A stretch of DNA of 64,000 nt, from NCBI RefSeq assembly GCF_009914755.1, contig NC_060946.1; one strand, 5' to 3'. The notes beneath the pieces are model-generated. The model had not been told where the DNA came from. It made no database searches and saw nothing but the letters and a program-made list of their open reading frames with translations. Position numbers and translations under genes: made by a program. Source of the DNA: the human T2T-CHM13v2.0 reference genome, Homo sapiens. Positions 41,385 through 55,471 of this stretch are shown piece after piece. The stretch's first letter is position 1; the number at the start of each line of letters is the position of its first letter.

Positions 41385-41565
41385 GAAGTTAGAGTCCTGA
41401 CATCTGAATTTAATTCCTGACTCTCCTATCCTGTGTGGTCTTAGGCAGCCTGTATAAACCTTGATTTTTTATCTGAAAAATGGGAATAATAATAGTGTCC
41501 AACCTCATAGGATTGCTGTAGAGGAAAACCAATGAGATAATAGATGTGAAATCACTAAGTAACTC
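41385..41565 (+). mobile_element. MIR
   Basis: ATCTGAAAAATGGGAATAATAATAGTGTCCAACCTCATAGGATTGCTGT. Confidence 0.78.
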
Positions 41566-43218
41566 TACAAAAAAGGAGGAAGAGAAAGAAAAATTAAAAA
41601 GTGGGAGGAGAGAAATACACTTTGTAAAGAGAAAAGAAAAAACCTTTGTGCAAACACAAAACCACAAGATAGGCCATTCATCGGGTCCTCACTAAAGCCA
41701 TCTTTCTTTCCAAAGGAAATATTGGATGCAATTGTTTGCCCTGTGCCTAAGCTCATTTCAAAGCAGAAACCTTCTGGACATCCTACTGCTTATTGTTGAA
41801 TCTGCCTTCTCTTAGGTCTCTGGCAGCTGCAAAAACAGCAAATGCCCAGCTGAAAACTGGGACAGTATAGCAAAGTGAATAAAAACCCAGGCTCTAGAGT
41901 CAGAGCAGCCTGGGTTTCAGTCTGTTGCTTCTTATTAGATGTGTATCCTTAGTCAAGCCACTTTGTCACCTTGAGCTGGCACCGGGCCTTGCATAGGAGT
42001 GAGGGTCTATGATCTGCCCACTTCTCAGGGATAATATGATATGGGAGAGAGGTTGTATAGTTAGAGTAGGCCTCCTTGGTGTCTGTAATATTAATCAGAT
42101 TCTAGCAGTTATTTGGGATTCTTATCTGCCTCAATCCTCTCCCTGATATTTTCATTTTATTGAGGAAAGAGACCCAGAGACAAGAAAGGGCTTACTCAAA
42201 GTCCCAACTGTGAGTGGCAGAGCCAGGACTTGAACCCCTCACTCATGTCTTCTGACTCCCATGCTAAAGTGACTTCCACCTACTTTCAAGAAAAATGGAA
42301 TCCCTATCCCTCTCAAGTTTATGTCCTGAGACCCAAGGAGTGTGGCAATGGAAGTTTTAAGGGTATCTGTTTTCAGTAAACCACTGGCGTCTATTACCCA
42401 CATGGGACATTTACATTATGTGGCCATGGAAGACTGACTGCATGAAAGAGGCTTTGGTAGAAGTGGAAATCAAGCCATAGCTCCCTCCTCTGCTGACTTG
42501 GCACTTGAATCTTCAAGGCACCAGCAGATAAGCTTGCACCGGGGAATGGTGCCATCCAAGCATCTGGCTTGAGTCAAGCAAGCAAGAGTTAAATGAAGAG
42601 GCTCAAGGAGACCCAAGGCCCAGGCTAGGTATCCCTCCTAGGCTTCCTCACTCTCACCATGGGTCATGGATAGTGGCTGATTGAGAAACCCACTGGGGAT
42701 CTGGGATGTGGAGAGCAGGGAAGGATTGAGTGAGGCATAGCTAATGTAGTTGGTGCCAGCCCGGAGCAAGTAGTAGGGACTGGTGATGTTTTGGGGCTGG
42801 AGATTAGAACAAGGTAGGTGGATACAGTATAGCACCTGGGGTCTGGAGCTCAGGACAAGTCTTAGTGGGTATAAGCCTCTGGGTGTCAGTTTCCTTGTCT
42901 GGTCTCACCTATTCCCAGTTTAGCTTAGTGTCATAAATTGGTGAGTTCACATTGCCAAAATGGAATGGGCTCTTCAAAGCCGTACACCATAATAAAAAAG
43001 ACACAGACCCTGGAGTCCAAGAGATATGGGTTCAAACCTAATGCTGTGATCTTGAACAAGTCACTTAACTCTGAGATGATGGGAGTGGGTGGTAGTGATG
43101 AGGATGAAGAGGGGAATTATGAGTTGCTGTTGTTACTGATGGACCGAGCTGATTCTCAGGTCAGCGATGGCTTCCAAGAGAGGAAATAGTATATTCTAAT
43201 GTGATTTTTGTGGTATAG

Positions 43219-43896
43219 TGCTATGGTTGGAATATTTATGTCCCCTCCCCCGACACCAATGTATAGGTTGAAGTCCAACCCCTCTGCTGATGGTATTAGC
43301 AGTGGGGCTTTGGGGAATTGATTAGGTCATGAAAGTAGAGGTCCCATGAATGCAATAGGTGCTCTTAAAAAAAGAGGCTTGAGGCCAGGTGTGGAGACTC
43401 GTGCCTGTAATCCCAGCAGTTGGGAGGCTGAGGCAGGAGGATCACTTGAGGCCAGGAGCTCTAGACCAGCCTGGGCAACATGGCAAAACCCCATCTGTAC
43501 AAAAAATTCTAAAAATTAGCCAGGTGTGGTGGCATATGCCTGTAGTCCCAGCTACTCAAGAGGCTGAGATGGGGGGATCCACTGCAGCCCAGGAGTCCAA
43601 GGCTGCAGTGAGCTATGACTGCACCACTGCACTCTAGCCTGAGTGACAGAGCAAGACCTTGTATTTAAAAAACAACAAATGGAGAGACACACCTTACCCC
43701 TTTCACCATGAGAGGTAGAAATGTTGAAACAAGAAGCTGTGATGTATAAGAAACAGGCTCTCACCAGACCCTGAATCTGCCGGCACATTGATCTTGGACT
43801 TCCCAGTCTCCAGAACTGTGAGGAATAATGTCCAGTTGCTTATAAGCTACCCAGTTTATGGTATTTTGTTGTAGAAGCCAAAAAGGGTCTAAGGCA
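43219..43896 (+). mobile_element. MLT1A0-like MaLR LTR interrupted by an Alu
   Basis: TGCTATGGTT.GAAT...GATTAGGTCATGA before the Alu. After it: GAATCTGCCGGCAC.TTGATCTTGGACTTCCCAG...CTAAGGCA. Confidence 0.82.
43383..43678 (+). mobile_element. AluJ
   Basis: Diverged dimer with GGCTGCAGTGAGCTATGA. Confidence 0.92.
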
Positions 43897-44147
43897 TTTA
43901 GAACAAAGACTCATTCAGGATAGCTGAAGAATAAGAAGGTTTGCTCTAAGGACACTGCAAATATTGAGCCAAGAACATTCCAGGACTCTCTCCACTTCTC
44001 TCTTGCATGCATCTGCTTCTCCCCACGCATCTGTTCATTCTGGCTTCCTCTCTATTGCCTAACTCCTCTGCTCACTCACCATAGATCTCTCATCACCTCC
44101 ACTTACCCATTCGCTATTATGGCTTCTCCAGCATAATCACCACATGT

Positions 44148-44305
44148 GCACTCTCTAATATGGTAGCCATGAACCACATGTAGATATTTAAATTTAAATT
44201 AATTAAGATCAGATTGAATTAAAAATTGAGTTCCTCAGTCCTACTAGCGACGTTTCAAGTGCCCAGTAGCTATGTGTGGCTCATGGCCGCCATATTGGAC
44301 AGCAT
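44148..44305. mobile_element. MER3-like hAT-Charlie MITE
   Basis: AATATGGTAGCCA...TTTCAAGTGCCCAGTAGC..TGTGGCT..TGGC..CCATATTGGACAGCA. Confidence 0.75.
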
Positions 44306-45874
44306 GGAGAGAGCACAAATGATTTCTGCCCAGTCCTTTGTACTGGGCAACTGGGCAATAGGTTGGTTCTTCATACTTAATCCAGTCATCTCTAACTGGT
44401 ATGGGAAGCATGCCATGTGACACAAAACCATACCTTGGGATACAGCAATCGCCACTGATGGTGTCTCACACACTTTCACTGCTGGCCTTGATAGCTGCTT
44501 CTCAATTCTTCTCATTTTTAGGATGTGGCTCTGCAACCCTTTTGCCAGTTAAGACACATATTCATCAAGATGTGGCCTGTCTGATAATCACATCTGAGAA
44601 AACTGGGAAGAATCCTATCATCATTGTAACTATCTGTTGACTTGCCTCCCTCCGTGCTGTACAATGAAATTTTCGGGGTTAGGAGTTGACTTTTATTATC
44701 TCTCTATTCTTAGCTATTCAGTTGAATAAATGAGTGAATGGATGAATCAATGAATGAATGATATGCAGTCTTCAGCTATGACTCAAAAGTGTTTGGACAT
44801 AGAACACAAAAGTCTTTGCAAAAAATGTGCAGTCTTCACATTATTTGGGTAAATGACTTAGGAAAAAATAATTTAGGGTAGGAGTTGTGGGTGATAGAGA
44901 GCTAGAAAAGAGGAGCCTCATAAACTGGTGTATTTAGACATTTAAAAGTGATCCAGGCATTGAAAATCAGGTTGGAGTGGAAAATGAAGAGAAGCCTCAA
45001 GGTGGGGTCCCAGGAGCTCTCCCCTTTTCCCATGAGAGATTCATCTGGAATGATGACAGTGGATTTAAGAGCAATAAGGGAGGTTGGTAGGAACACAGAA
45101 TGTGGCTCCATGCATGGTTTTGGTAACCATTTTTCTACAAAGTTTTAATATTATGGAAACAGGGAGAGATGTTTAGAACAATGTACTCAGAGTGAGCATT
45201 CTGAATGGGGGACTCAGCACAGGATTAGGACTGAGGTAGGACTGACTGTGGATCCCCACTCTGCCAATTCTGTGTTGTGTCATGCTGGGGCAAGTCACTG
45301 AATCTCCTCAAGCCTCAGTTTCCGTCTGCAAAATGAGAATAGAATTCTTCCCTTGCCCCTCTCTGCAGGGTGGATAGAGAGAATGCAATGCATGTCACTA
45401 CTATCCTGCACAACTCCAGAGGGAGCTATTTATACTGCAGTGTATGTGAATGGTACCCCTGGAATTAAGCAGTATACAACCTATGCTGCCATATGTGGCA
45501 GCCCTGAATATGGAAGTATGCCACCAAACTATGAATCAATTTGCAGAGGAAGAAGGACAGAGCTCCCAAGACTTTTCATTCCCTAAGGACTTCTGATCAG
45601 GCCTCCACCTTCTATGCCCCCTTTTAAAGCAGGTTTAACAGAGTGGAAAGCTAACTTGGGGCCAACCACCTTGGAAATTAATGTAAAATATGTGGAATCA
45701 AGCCTAGTTTTCCAGGGCTTCAGGAAAGGAAATTTGCATAATTTATGGCATAAGTAAAAAATGATATGCCAGGTTAATTTGCATACTTTAACTTCAGTTG
45801 GGGTTAAAAACAAAGTTTTTGTTGTTGTTGCTATTTGTAGTTGTGGCTTTTAAAGAAAGCCTCTCTTGTTAATC

Positions 45875-46045
45875 CGACTGTGTAAGCTTGAGTAAATTAC
45901 TTAACCTCTCTAGGCCTCGATTTCCTCAACTGTGAAATGAAAATGATAAATGGACTTACATCCTGGGATTGTGGTGAGGAGTTATGAGGTGACTCTGTAA
46001 AACTTGTAGAATAGTGGCTGGTACGTAGCAGAAGTTCAATAATTA
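45875..46045 (+). mobile_element. MIR
   Basis: TTACTTAACCTCTCTAGGCCTCGATTTCCTCAACTGTGAAATG core. Confidence 0.75.
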
Positions 46046-47211
46046 TACAGTATATGTAATATATAATAACATATTATATCATTATCATTAAGTATGCAAT
46101 GTATCTTGTCCACTTGATATTACAAGAAATTCTAAAAAATGCATATCATTGTGTACCCACATGAAGTTATTTTGAGCTCAGGACCTAGAATTGTGCTAGA
46201 ACACAGCAAGAGCTCAGTCGTGAGACGCATGGCTGCCCTACAATGAATGCATTATTATCATTATTAATCACTGCCCCATAGGTGCATGTGTTTGAAAGCC
46301 TTTCTCCCCTCTAGACTGAGGTCCCTCCAAGGCAGGCACTGTTTTATCTCCCTCCCAATCCCCACCTCTCAACACTACATCTCCCAGATAGTAGAAACTC
46401 AATAAGTGCAGACATGTCGAATGAATAAATGCTGAAGTGTTATTGTTCTTAATTAGTATGCAAGAAATGATTCTTATTAGCATGCATATGAATGAATGGC
46501 TGTCTTCCTTGCAGACTAGAAACTCCTCACATCTAGGTCACCAATATTTGGCTCAGTGCTTGGCGTATCAGATAGTCAGCAGGTGCTCATTTGGTGTATG
46601 ATGGTGCTTAAGACCTCAGAATTTAAGGTCCAAGGCCTGACTCTGCATCCCAGCTTTATCATTTACTGGCTGCATAACTTTGGCAAGATATTTGTGCTTT
46701 ATGGAAATAGCATGTGCAAGGAAAATAACTAACTGTACCTTTTTCATTGAGTTGATGTGAGACAAAAATCAGGAATTTTTGATCAAGAGCTTAGCACAGT
46801 CCCTGACACACAAATTAGGTACCCAATATAGATACTACTGTGAATAAATGAATGCATGGCCTTTCCCAAGTGTCTTGATACAGGAAAGGGGCCCTGGTGT
46901 ATAATAACCAGCTAGAACAGAATTTACAATTTTATGATCCCCATAGAGAAAACATTCTGTGGGAATTCAACGAGGAGCATTGACTTTACAACAACCACAT
47001 CTATGCACACCTTCCCAATTTAAGGTATGTTATTATCTCATTTGATAAAATGGAAGTTCCAAGCAGAAGGCAGGGGTCCAAGTGAGTAAATCCATCATTC
47101 TCTGGCTGTTGTTTTATAATCAAATTTTATCTCAGATCAGCCATAAAACCCTAGAGGAGGCACCACATGGGCGTGGCCTGTCTGCCGGGAGCCTTTCCAT
47201 CTGTGAATGAG

Positions 47212-47219
47212 TGACGTCA
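47212..47219. promoter_or_regulatory. Full palindromic CRE (TGACGTCA)
   Basis: Exact motif in non-repeat intronic DNA next to CATCTG and GGGCGTGGC motifs. Function is not shown. Confidence 0.45.
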
Positions 47220-49073
47220 GGAGCAACTTCTTAGCAAGGGGCTTCCAGACAACAGTGCTTGTGTCTCCACCAGACTCCTTCCCTGTTTCTAAAGAAAGCA
47301 GACCCCTGGGAAGGCTGAGAAGGAAACAAACTCCTATAATGCACTAGAATCCTTATTAATGGCTTCATTTACAGAATCTTGCTTAATTATTAGCAGAACC
47401 TTCAAAGGTGCCTTACAGCCATTTGATTATACATAAAGAAGCTGAGGTCAGATGGCTAAGCAGTGCTGGAGTTGTGACTCTTTTATTCTTTCATCCAAGA
47501 CCTACTTTCTCTTTATTTCAGACATTCTACTCTGTACCAATCACTTGATAAGTACTAGGGATACAGAGAGAAACAAAACATATCCTTGCCCTCAAGAACT
47601 TATCTAACCATTCTTCAAACTCAGGTAGGACCAAGTTCTTTTCTTCTGTCTTCTCCTCACTTCTACGTTGTCCTGATGACTTCCGGGCAGGGGGCAACTT
47701 TCTCCAAGGGACCAGGGTTGGGAGCCATGAATTTCTGGGACCACTCCCTATAGCCCTAGTTGCTATTGAAACAAAGCAAGCTCGTTTGATCTTCCTTAAC
47801 TTCAACAAGAAAAAAAAATCTAGTTGATGTTCCTTTAATGGGTGAAATAAATGTGTCACTTTAAGAGAACCTCCAATAACCATCCCAGACTTCACAGAGG
47901 CAGAGGAGAACTCCAACGGGGCCTGCTGAGAGCGACGTTGCTGCCTTCAATTATTGCAACAATATGTTGGCATTTCCTTCTTTTGTGAATGTGGGAAAAT
48001 ATATCCTGAGCAGAACTGCAGAGAATTATATAGATGCAGCTGAGCATGTGTATAGATATAAATAATATGCACACTATTTCCATAAAGCATAAACTTGGAC
48101 AATCAGTTAATGAGGTTTGGCCAGAAACAAATTAATTCCTTTGGGTCCTGGGGTAGTTTTATTCTAAGTAATAATAAAAATAAATAGTCATTTCTTATGC
48201 TTAGCACGTGGCAAAGGATATCCATTATTGCATTTGATTGTCAAAAACAACTCCGAGGACCTAGTACTATGGAAAATTACTTCTGTTTTTCAGCAAACTG
48301 AGGGTCAGAGAAACTCCACCATGGAACAGTGCCTTGGTTTTTATTTATCCTGACATTGACATTTTGGAAGAGAACAGACCCATTACTTTATAGAATGACC
48401 CTCAATTTGGGCATATAGACTTTTGATTCTTACAAAATGTCAGCATGCAGCCCATATTGGCCTATCACTTGCCTTTCTCCTTTTTGGGTGTCTTTGCTAT
48501 GATTGAAACAAGGCCTAGAATTCCCCCAAGTCAGGCTGTCTTCACTGGTTCCCTCTACCCCAGTGTCTAGTACCAAGCAAGGGTGCCCCTCTACCCCACT
48601 TCTGGGATCCCTAACCAGATGCCTGCCTCCCTCTCCACCCCACTTCTGCCACAATGCTTCCACGGCACCAGGCTGGTACCCTTGCTATAGTAACGAGCCT
48701 GCTCTAGTCTTAGTATTTGTTTATGCATCTCTCTTTCCCACTAGGCCATGGGAAATTCAGAATCTGATTCACTGATTCAACCCCAAGAAGCAAATATTTA
48801 ATAAATGTCTACTTTGTGGGCTCTGCTGTAGGTGCTGGAACAAAAACTAATAGTGCCAGCCCTCAAGAAATGTATACTCCCTGTGATCTTTCATTCATTT
48901 ACTGGCCCAAAACATTCATTCATTTATTCAATAAATATTCATTAATATTTTGTGTGCTGGGCTGCATACCCCAAAGCATGCGGATCATTCAATGTTTGCA
49001 TAATGGGGTAGAAACAATGGTCTACTCCTACAATAAAAGAAAAAAAAGTTTAGGCTTATTAATCTCTGATAGA

Positions 49074-49377
49074 GGCCAGCTGTGGTGGCTCACGCCTGTA
49101 ATCCCAGCACTTTGGGAGGCTAAGAAGGCAGGTGGATCACCTGAGGTCAGGAGTTCGAGACCAGCCTGGACAACCTGGTGAAACCTCATTTCTACTAAAA
49201 ATACAAAAATTAGCCAGGCATGAAGGCATATGGCTGTAGTCCCAGCTACTTGGGAGGCTGAATCAGGAGAATTGCTTGAACCCAGGTGGCAGAGGCTGCA
49301 GGGAGCTGAGATCGCTCCACTGCACTCCAGCCTGAGCAACAGAGCAAGACTCTGTCCAAACAAAACAAAACAAAACA
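49074..49377 (+). mobile_element. AluS
   Basis: Full dimer with an (AAAAC)n tail and TSD AATCTCTGATAG / AATCTGTGATAG. Confidence 0.93.
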
Positions 49378-50625
49378 AATCTGTGATAGTAAACAAGATT
49401 AAGGGCTTCCAATGAACTTCAGACATTCTAATGCACACTATGTATGTGAAGGGGTTAAAAAGAGAGCTGGGGGATTCTGAGAGCATCTAGAATCTCAAAG
49501 AGAATGGGAATCCCTCTGTCACACTGCCCTTGGGGGCACCAGCCACAGCCAGACACCTTGATCTGACATATAATTTCTCAGCATGAATTACCAGAAAGAC
49601 CACCCAATGAGAGTCAGAGACCTGAGTTCTGGAGATGACACGGTTGCCAAAAATATGCTGTGTGACCTTGGGCCCATTTCTGTCCCTCTCTGGTCTTTAG
49701 TTTCTCCATCTCTAAATTTAGTGGCCTGGGCTGAATCATAGTTTCCAAAATGGACTATGAGTTAAAATCACATGAAGAGCTTTTAAAGACCCAGAAACCC
49801 AGCTATACCCCTGCCTACTGAGTCAGACCCATGATTGAGCTATACATGCTGCCTTCTGGATTTTTCTGAGGCCATCAGTAAACTTCACCTGGATGATTCG
49901 ACCCCCAAGCCATGACCTTTTATGATTCCTTTGTTCATGATAATTATGTCCACCATTTATATGCCAGGCATATGCTAAACCCTTTACTCACATGATCTCA
50001 TTTAAGCCACATATGAGACCAGTGGGGTGGGGCCTGATACTTCCATTTTACAGCAGGAACCACTGAGGCTTGGAGAGGTTAAGCAGTTCTCTCAAGATCA
50101 CACAGCTAGTAAGATCCTGCATGCATATCTGTGTCTATGTGACTTTAAAAGAATTTGCCACCTCTCTGTAGTACGAATAGGGGTGGGAATCTACTCTTAG
50201 CCCACCATATTCCCTCCCCAGAGGTAGCCCTGTTCTCCTGCCTCCTCTATTCCCTGAAAATCTAGTTAACTCTTTTAATAAGCCAAATAAATGTGCCCTG
50301 TGAAGTGTGTGATCGATCACACCCTGGCTGCCCATGAACCAAGCACAGGTTTGCCGCACACCGGGGACAGCCTCCCTGACATGAATTATTGCTACCATCA
50401 GCCCTCCTTTCCGCTCCTACACTTACAGGGGAACGGCTGAGCCAGGGACCTGTGGACACTCAGGATTCAACTCTGGGCTTGGCCAGAGATAAGTCCTTAG
50501 AGTTTGGGGCATTTGAACAACTGACAAGAAGCCAGCATGGCCAGAATATCCTGAACAGAGAAGGAAGTGGGCAAATGAAGTTAAGAGAAAGTATTAAAGA
50601 AAAGCAATGATTCAGTTGTTATACT

Positions 50626-51076
50626 TGTTAGAGCATAATAAAGCAAACTTTATTCAGGACCACCACATTGATGGGGACCACTGCAATGGGATTTTGCAGT
50701 GGGGGAGATTGGGCTAACTCCAAATATAAATGGGAAAGTTGGAATTTATAGCCAAGGTGCAGAGTAGGGGTGGGGAGGTTAGTGGATGGAAAACTACTGA
50801 AAGGAAACATCAGGGGTAAGGGAGATTCTCCTAAATCCACCTAACAGGATTCTTGCTGAAGGCACACCAGCATGATCAGACATCACCTGGAGATGGTGGA
50901 GGATGAGGGACCTGATCAGATATGGAAGGTTATCAGATATCCAGAGCATAGGGTTCTTGCTAAAGTGACTAGCAGGATTCTTTGCTAAAACTGGATTCCA
51001 TAAAGAAGTGCACAATTGGCCTAGAAGAAGGTTCAGGAGCCTGATTAAAGTTTGATCAAGCAGAGAATCATTGTCA
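50626..51076 (-). mobile_element. MER31-like ERV1 solo LTR
   Basis: Reverse complement begins TGACAATGATTCTCTGCTTGATCAAACTTTAATCAGGCTCCTGAACCTTCT, matching the recalled MER31 5' end; TG...CA termini. Confidence 0.75.
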
Positions 51077-51343
51077 GTGGCCAGGCCCAGATCCTATAGG
51101 GCAGGGAGGACTTGCTGAGAGGTGTTGGGAGTTTATTCTCAGCTGTGCTTAGGAGCACGGGAGGGGATTTTTGGGTTGGATAATGCTGTCTATGATGTGA
51201 AAATGGGAGCATTAAAGACAAAAGAGGAATCATTTAGGAGGTCCTCACAGATAGGACTTGAAGGAGTTAATTCTACCTCACACCTCCCAGCTTAAGATAG
51301 GGTCACCTCTTCTAGCCTCTCCGCTAAGGTTAGGGACAATTTG

Positions 51344-51690
51344 TGTATTAGTTTGTTTTCATGCTGCTATGAAGAACTACCTGAGACTGGTTAAATTATA
51401 AAGGAAAGAGGTAATTGACTCACAGTTCTGCATGGCTGGGAAGACCTCAGAAAACCTACAATGAAGGCAGAAGGGGAAGCAAACATGTCCTTCTTCACAT
51501 GGTGGCAGGAGAGAGAAGTGCCAAGTGAAGGGGGAAAAGCCCCTTCTCAGGCCTTGTGAGAACTCACTCACTATCACGAGAACAGCATGGGGGAACCACC
51601 CCCATGATCTAATCACCTCCCACGAGATCCCTCTCCCAACACGTGGGGATTACAATTTGCCTTACAATTCAAGATGAGATTTGGGTGGGG
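51344..51690 (-). mobile_element. THE1 (THE1D-like) MaLR LTR
   Basis: TGTATTAGT...TACCTGAGACTGG...AATTGACTCACAGTTC...GATGAGATTTGGGTGGGG. Confidence 0.87.
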
Positions 51691-52497
51691 AAAATTTCAT
51701 TCCACCAAGCCCACTGCTCCTGGTGCAATTTCTCTTCAATTGCAATGGGAGGGAGGCTGATGCTCTGCACTTACTAAAACATCCACAGGATTCCCAGCCT
51801 TTGACCCTTTGGCTGTGTCTAAAACCTCCAACTCATCTGCAGACTTGCCGTCTTAAACATGGCTGGGTGCTTTGAAAGATTTTCTCTGTTGCTCCCCCAT
51901 AGTGTCTAGAATACAGAAAAAGCAGCAGAGAGGAGAGGAAAAGAATATAAATTTGGGCAAATGATGATTAAATCCACCCCTCCCCGCCTCCCAAACCCCG
52001 ATCAGACTGTACAGAAAGAATCTTATATATATTATCACTGGCTCTCAGTTTAATGTAGGGCCAACATTGCTGGGTAAATTAAACAACATTTATAATATAG
52101 CTGAACTATAAAAATGTGCTTGGGGCAGAAATTAGACATACCAAGCTTTTTCCAGCAAAAGACATTTTTACAAATGCATGAGAACCTGAACCAATTTGGA
52201 AGCCCTGTCATTTTGATTTAAAGCCGGGGAAGTGGGGCTGATCCCTAGAGAGGAGAAACAATAATCCAGGTGAGAGGAGATTTTAAAATTCTGGTCCTCA
52301 TTACTGACCTAACTTGGACTCAAAATGTATCATGTAGAGAAGAGAGTTGACCCATAACTGAGAACTGGGACCCTTCCTTCTTCACCTGCATAACCAGCAA
52401 ATCTCATATGATTTCCACATGTACCCTCTTCCAGGGAGCCTTCCCTGCCTGTCTCAGCTGAGTTAGGGGCATCGCATTGGAGTACCCATATCCACTT

Positions 52498-52810
52498 TGT
52501 TTTAGTTAACTATTGTTGTGTAACAAACCATCCCTGAAATTCAGTGGCTTAAAATAACAAATATTTACTATTATCTCACATGATTCTGTGGTTTGACTGA
52601 GTGCAGCTTGGAGATTCTTCTGCTCAGCATGGTGTTGAAAAGAGCCAAATCATCTCTGAGCCTCCAAGGGGTTCAACTGCATGTCTGGTAGCTTGAGCTG
52701 CTTGTCACCCGAGCATGTAAGTTTTCCCTCATGTGACTTGGCCTTCTCCCACCATGGGAGCTGGATTCCAAGAGAGAGTGTCCTAAGAGCAAAAGTGCAA
52801 AGTGAAGCTC
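52498..52810 (-). mobile_element. Old MLT1 (H/I-type) LTR fragment
   Basis: TATTGTTGTGTAACAAACCA...CAGTGGCTTAAAATAACAA...ATCTCACATGATTCTGTGG. Confidence 0.65.
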
Positions 52811-53706
52811 TCTAAACATGACTTGGCAGCCATCTATAACCTACCACTCCCTTGTACTAAGTCATGATATAGTGCTGTTCCCATGTACTGAGCGGGTACT
52901 ATGCTAGGTATTCGGCACTCTGTACTCCATCATTGGTTTATGTCTGTGTCTCTTTGCACAAAGGAACCCTTGTCTAATTCATTTCTGCAACGAAGGATGT
53001 GCAGTTAGTTCAGGTTCAACAGAAAAGCCATAGCTCTAAGTGTTCACGCCAAGTGTGGTCACTCTTAACCCGGGAGATTATGGTGAGAGAATTCAGGAAT
53101 CTAAGGGCCAGCATCAGTATTCTTTTATAGTACCAGCAGTAAAAATAATAGCAGTAGTCATAATGATGATTAATAGTAGTAGGAAGTATTAACAATAGTA
53201 TAATTTCTACTGCTCTAGCATTAATACATGTAATTCTGCCTTACACTTAAGAGGAATTTGACCACTTACAAAATAATTTTTTTCCGTTACCTTACTTTGC
53301 TATTCAACAACTTTGTGAAATGGCCCAGGAGGATTTTTGTTATAAGTCATAGTTTATAAATGAGGAAACTGAGTCTGGGAAGGAACAGAAACTTGTCAAT
53401 AGTCAATTAAAATTGATATTGTCAAGTACCTACTATTTGCCCTCTACACCAATGACTTAATTTCCTCCTTGCAGCAATGTTGTGAGGTAGATACCATTAT
53501 TGCCACCATTTCACAGATGAGGAAACTGAAGCTCAGAGAGGCGAAGTCCTTGACTTGTCCGGGATTTTATGTTTCCTGGCTGGGATTTGCATCTGAATCA
53601 GTCTAACTCTTGAGTCAAAGACTCTTTCCACAATGCTACACTTAATTCCTCCCAGATTACCATTTTCTAAATTACTTTGAGCTGAGAAAACATTCACATA
53701 AAAATA

Positions 53707-54046
53707 CAGTCAATCCTCCCCTCTGTATCTGAGAGCTTCTCATCTGAGTATTCAACCAGCTGTGGATTGAAAATATTCTTTAAAAACAATGAAAATAACA
53801 ATACAATGATAGAAAATAATACAAACTTAAAATTTAAAAACCAATATACTATAACAACTATTTACGTAGCATTTATATTCTATTAGGTATTATAAATAAT
53901 TTAGAGATGATTTAAATTGTATGAGATGATGTGCATAAGTTGTACGCAAATACTACTCCATTTTCTATAAGGAACTTGAGCATCCGTGGATCTTGGCATC
54001 CTGGGGGTCCTGGAACGAGTCTCACATGGATACTGGCAGACGACTG
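53707..54046. mobile_element. Tigger3a/MER2-family MITE
   Basis: CAGTC...GACGACTG termini flanked by TA on both sides (53705-53706, 54047-54048); internal TAGGTATTATAA.TAAT.TAGAGATGATTTAAA. Confidence 0.85.
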
Positions 54047-54092
54047 TAATATGAAAAATCAGAATGAGGGACTCTTCCATGAAAAACTTCCA

Positions 54093-54466
<374 letters not shown>

Positions 54467-54709
54467 TCACCCATTGTTAGTTCTTGGTGGTTTCCACATA
54501 GCTGAGGTTACCACGAAACAAATTTTCAGATAAACAAGTTGTCATATGTGTAAAGTTACATGAGGTTATTGAGTCCAATTTTCCCAGGGATTAACTCACT
54601 TTGAAGTTATAAATTATGCACTTGATGGGAGCAAAGATATATACATATATATTTTAGCACCTATAAAACCCATCAACTGGTACTTTTGGAGGACATACTG
54701 TACTAAAAG

Positions 54710-54885
54710 GCAGGATGATGATAGGTTAAGCACGCTGACTTAAAATCAGGCTGCCTGAGTTCAAATCCCATCTCTGCCACTTATCTCAGGCAAATTATTT
54801 CATCTCTCTGTGTCTCAGTTTTCTCATCTTTAACAGGAATTTATAATAGTACCAATTTCACAGGGTTGTGGAGGAGATTAAGTCT
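54710..54885 (+). mobile_element. MIR
   Basis: CTGCCTGAGTTCAAATCCCATCTCTGCCACTTA...TCTCTGTGTCTCAGTTTTCTCATCT. Confidence 0.8.
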
Positions 54886-55471
54886 ATAGTTGGCCTTGGT
54901 TCATGTGCTCATCTTTGAACAAGTCGCTGAGGCTGGAACCATGTAGGACCCTGATTGGCCAGCCCTGACCTCCCCCAACACATGGACTGAAAGAGAGAGG
55001 TGGGGACTTGCCAAAGGAATGTCAGGAGATGTTCGCCAAGAGAAAAGTCACAGAGAAGTCCAGCATGTTAAGGAACTAAGAGTTTTCTTTTTATTTTTTT
55101 CCTTCCATGTCTCAATCAATATCTGAAAGACTCATAAAGGAACTGAGTGTGTGCTAATAATAAAATGACCCAATTGTGAATTAAGCAGATATGTTTCTCT
55201 CCAGCAGGGTTAACAAAGTGGCTTGCATCCAGACCCAACACTGCCATTTACTACCTTACCTTCTGCAGGAGAAAGCATGGAAAGTGTGCAGAAAAAGATA
55301 CGGGGTGTGGCAAGACAGAGGCATGTCAGTTTAGCAGTGACTTGTCATTGGTTGTAAAACACTATCCTATAAATGTAGGATGTTTGAGCAATAGGTCCAT
55401 GCCAGGTCTCTCTAAGAGGCAAACATTTAAGCAACAACCTCTTGTTTAATGAGAATAAAGAAAATCTGCCA

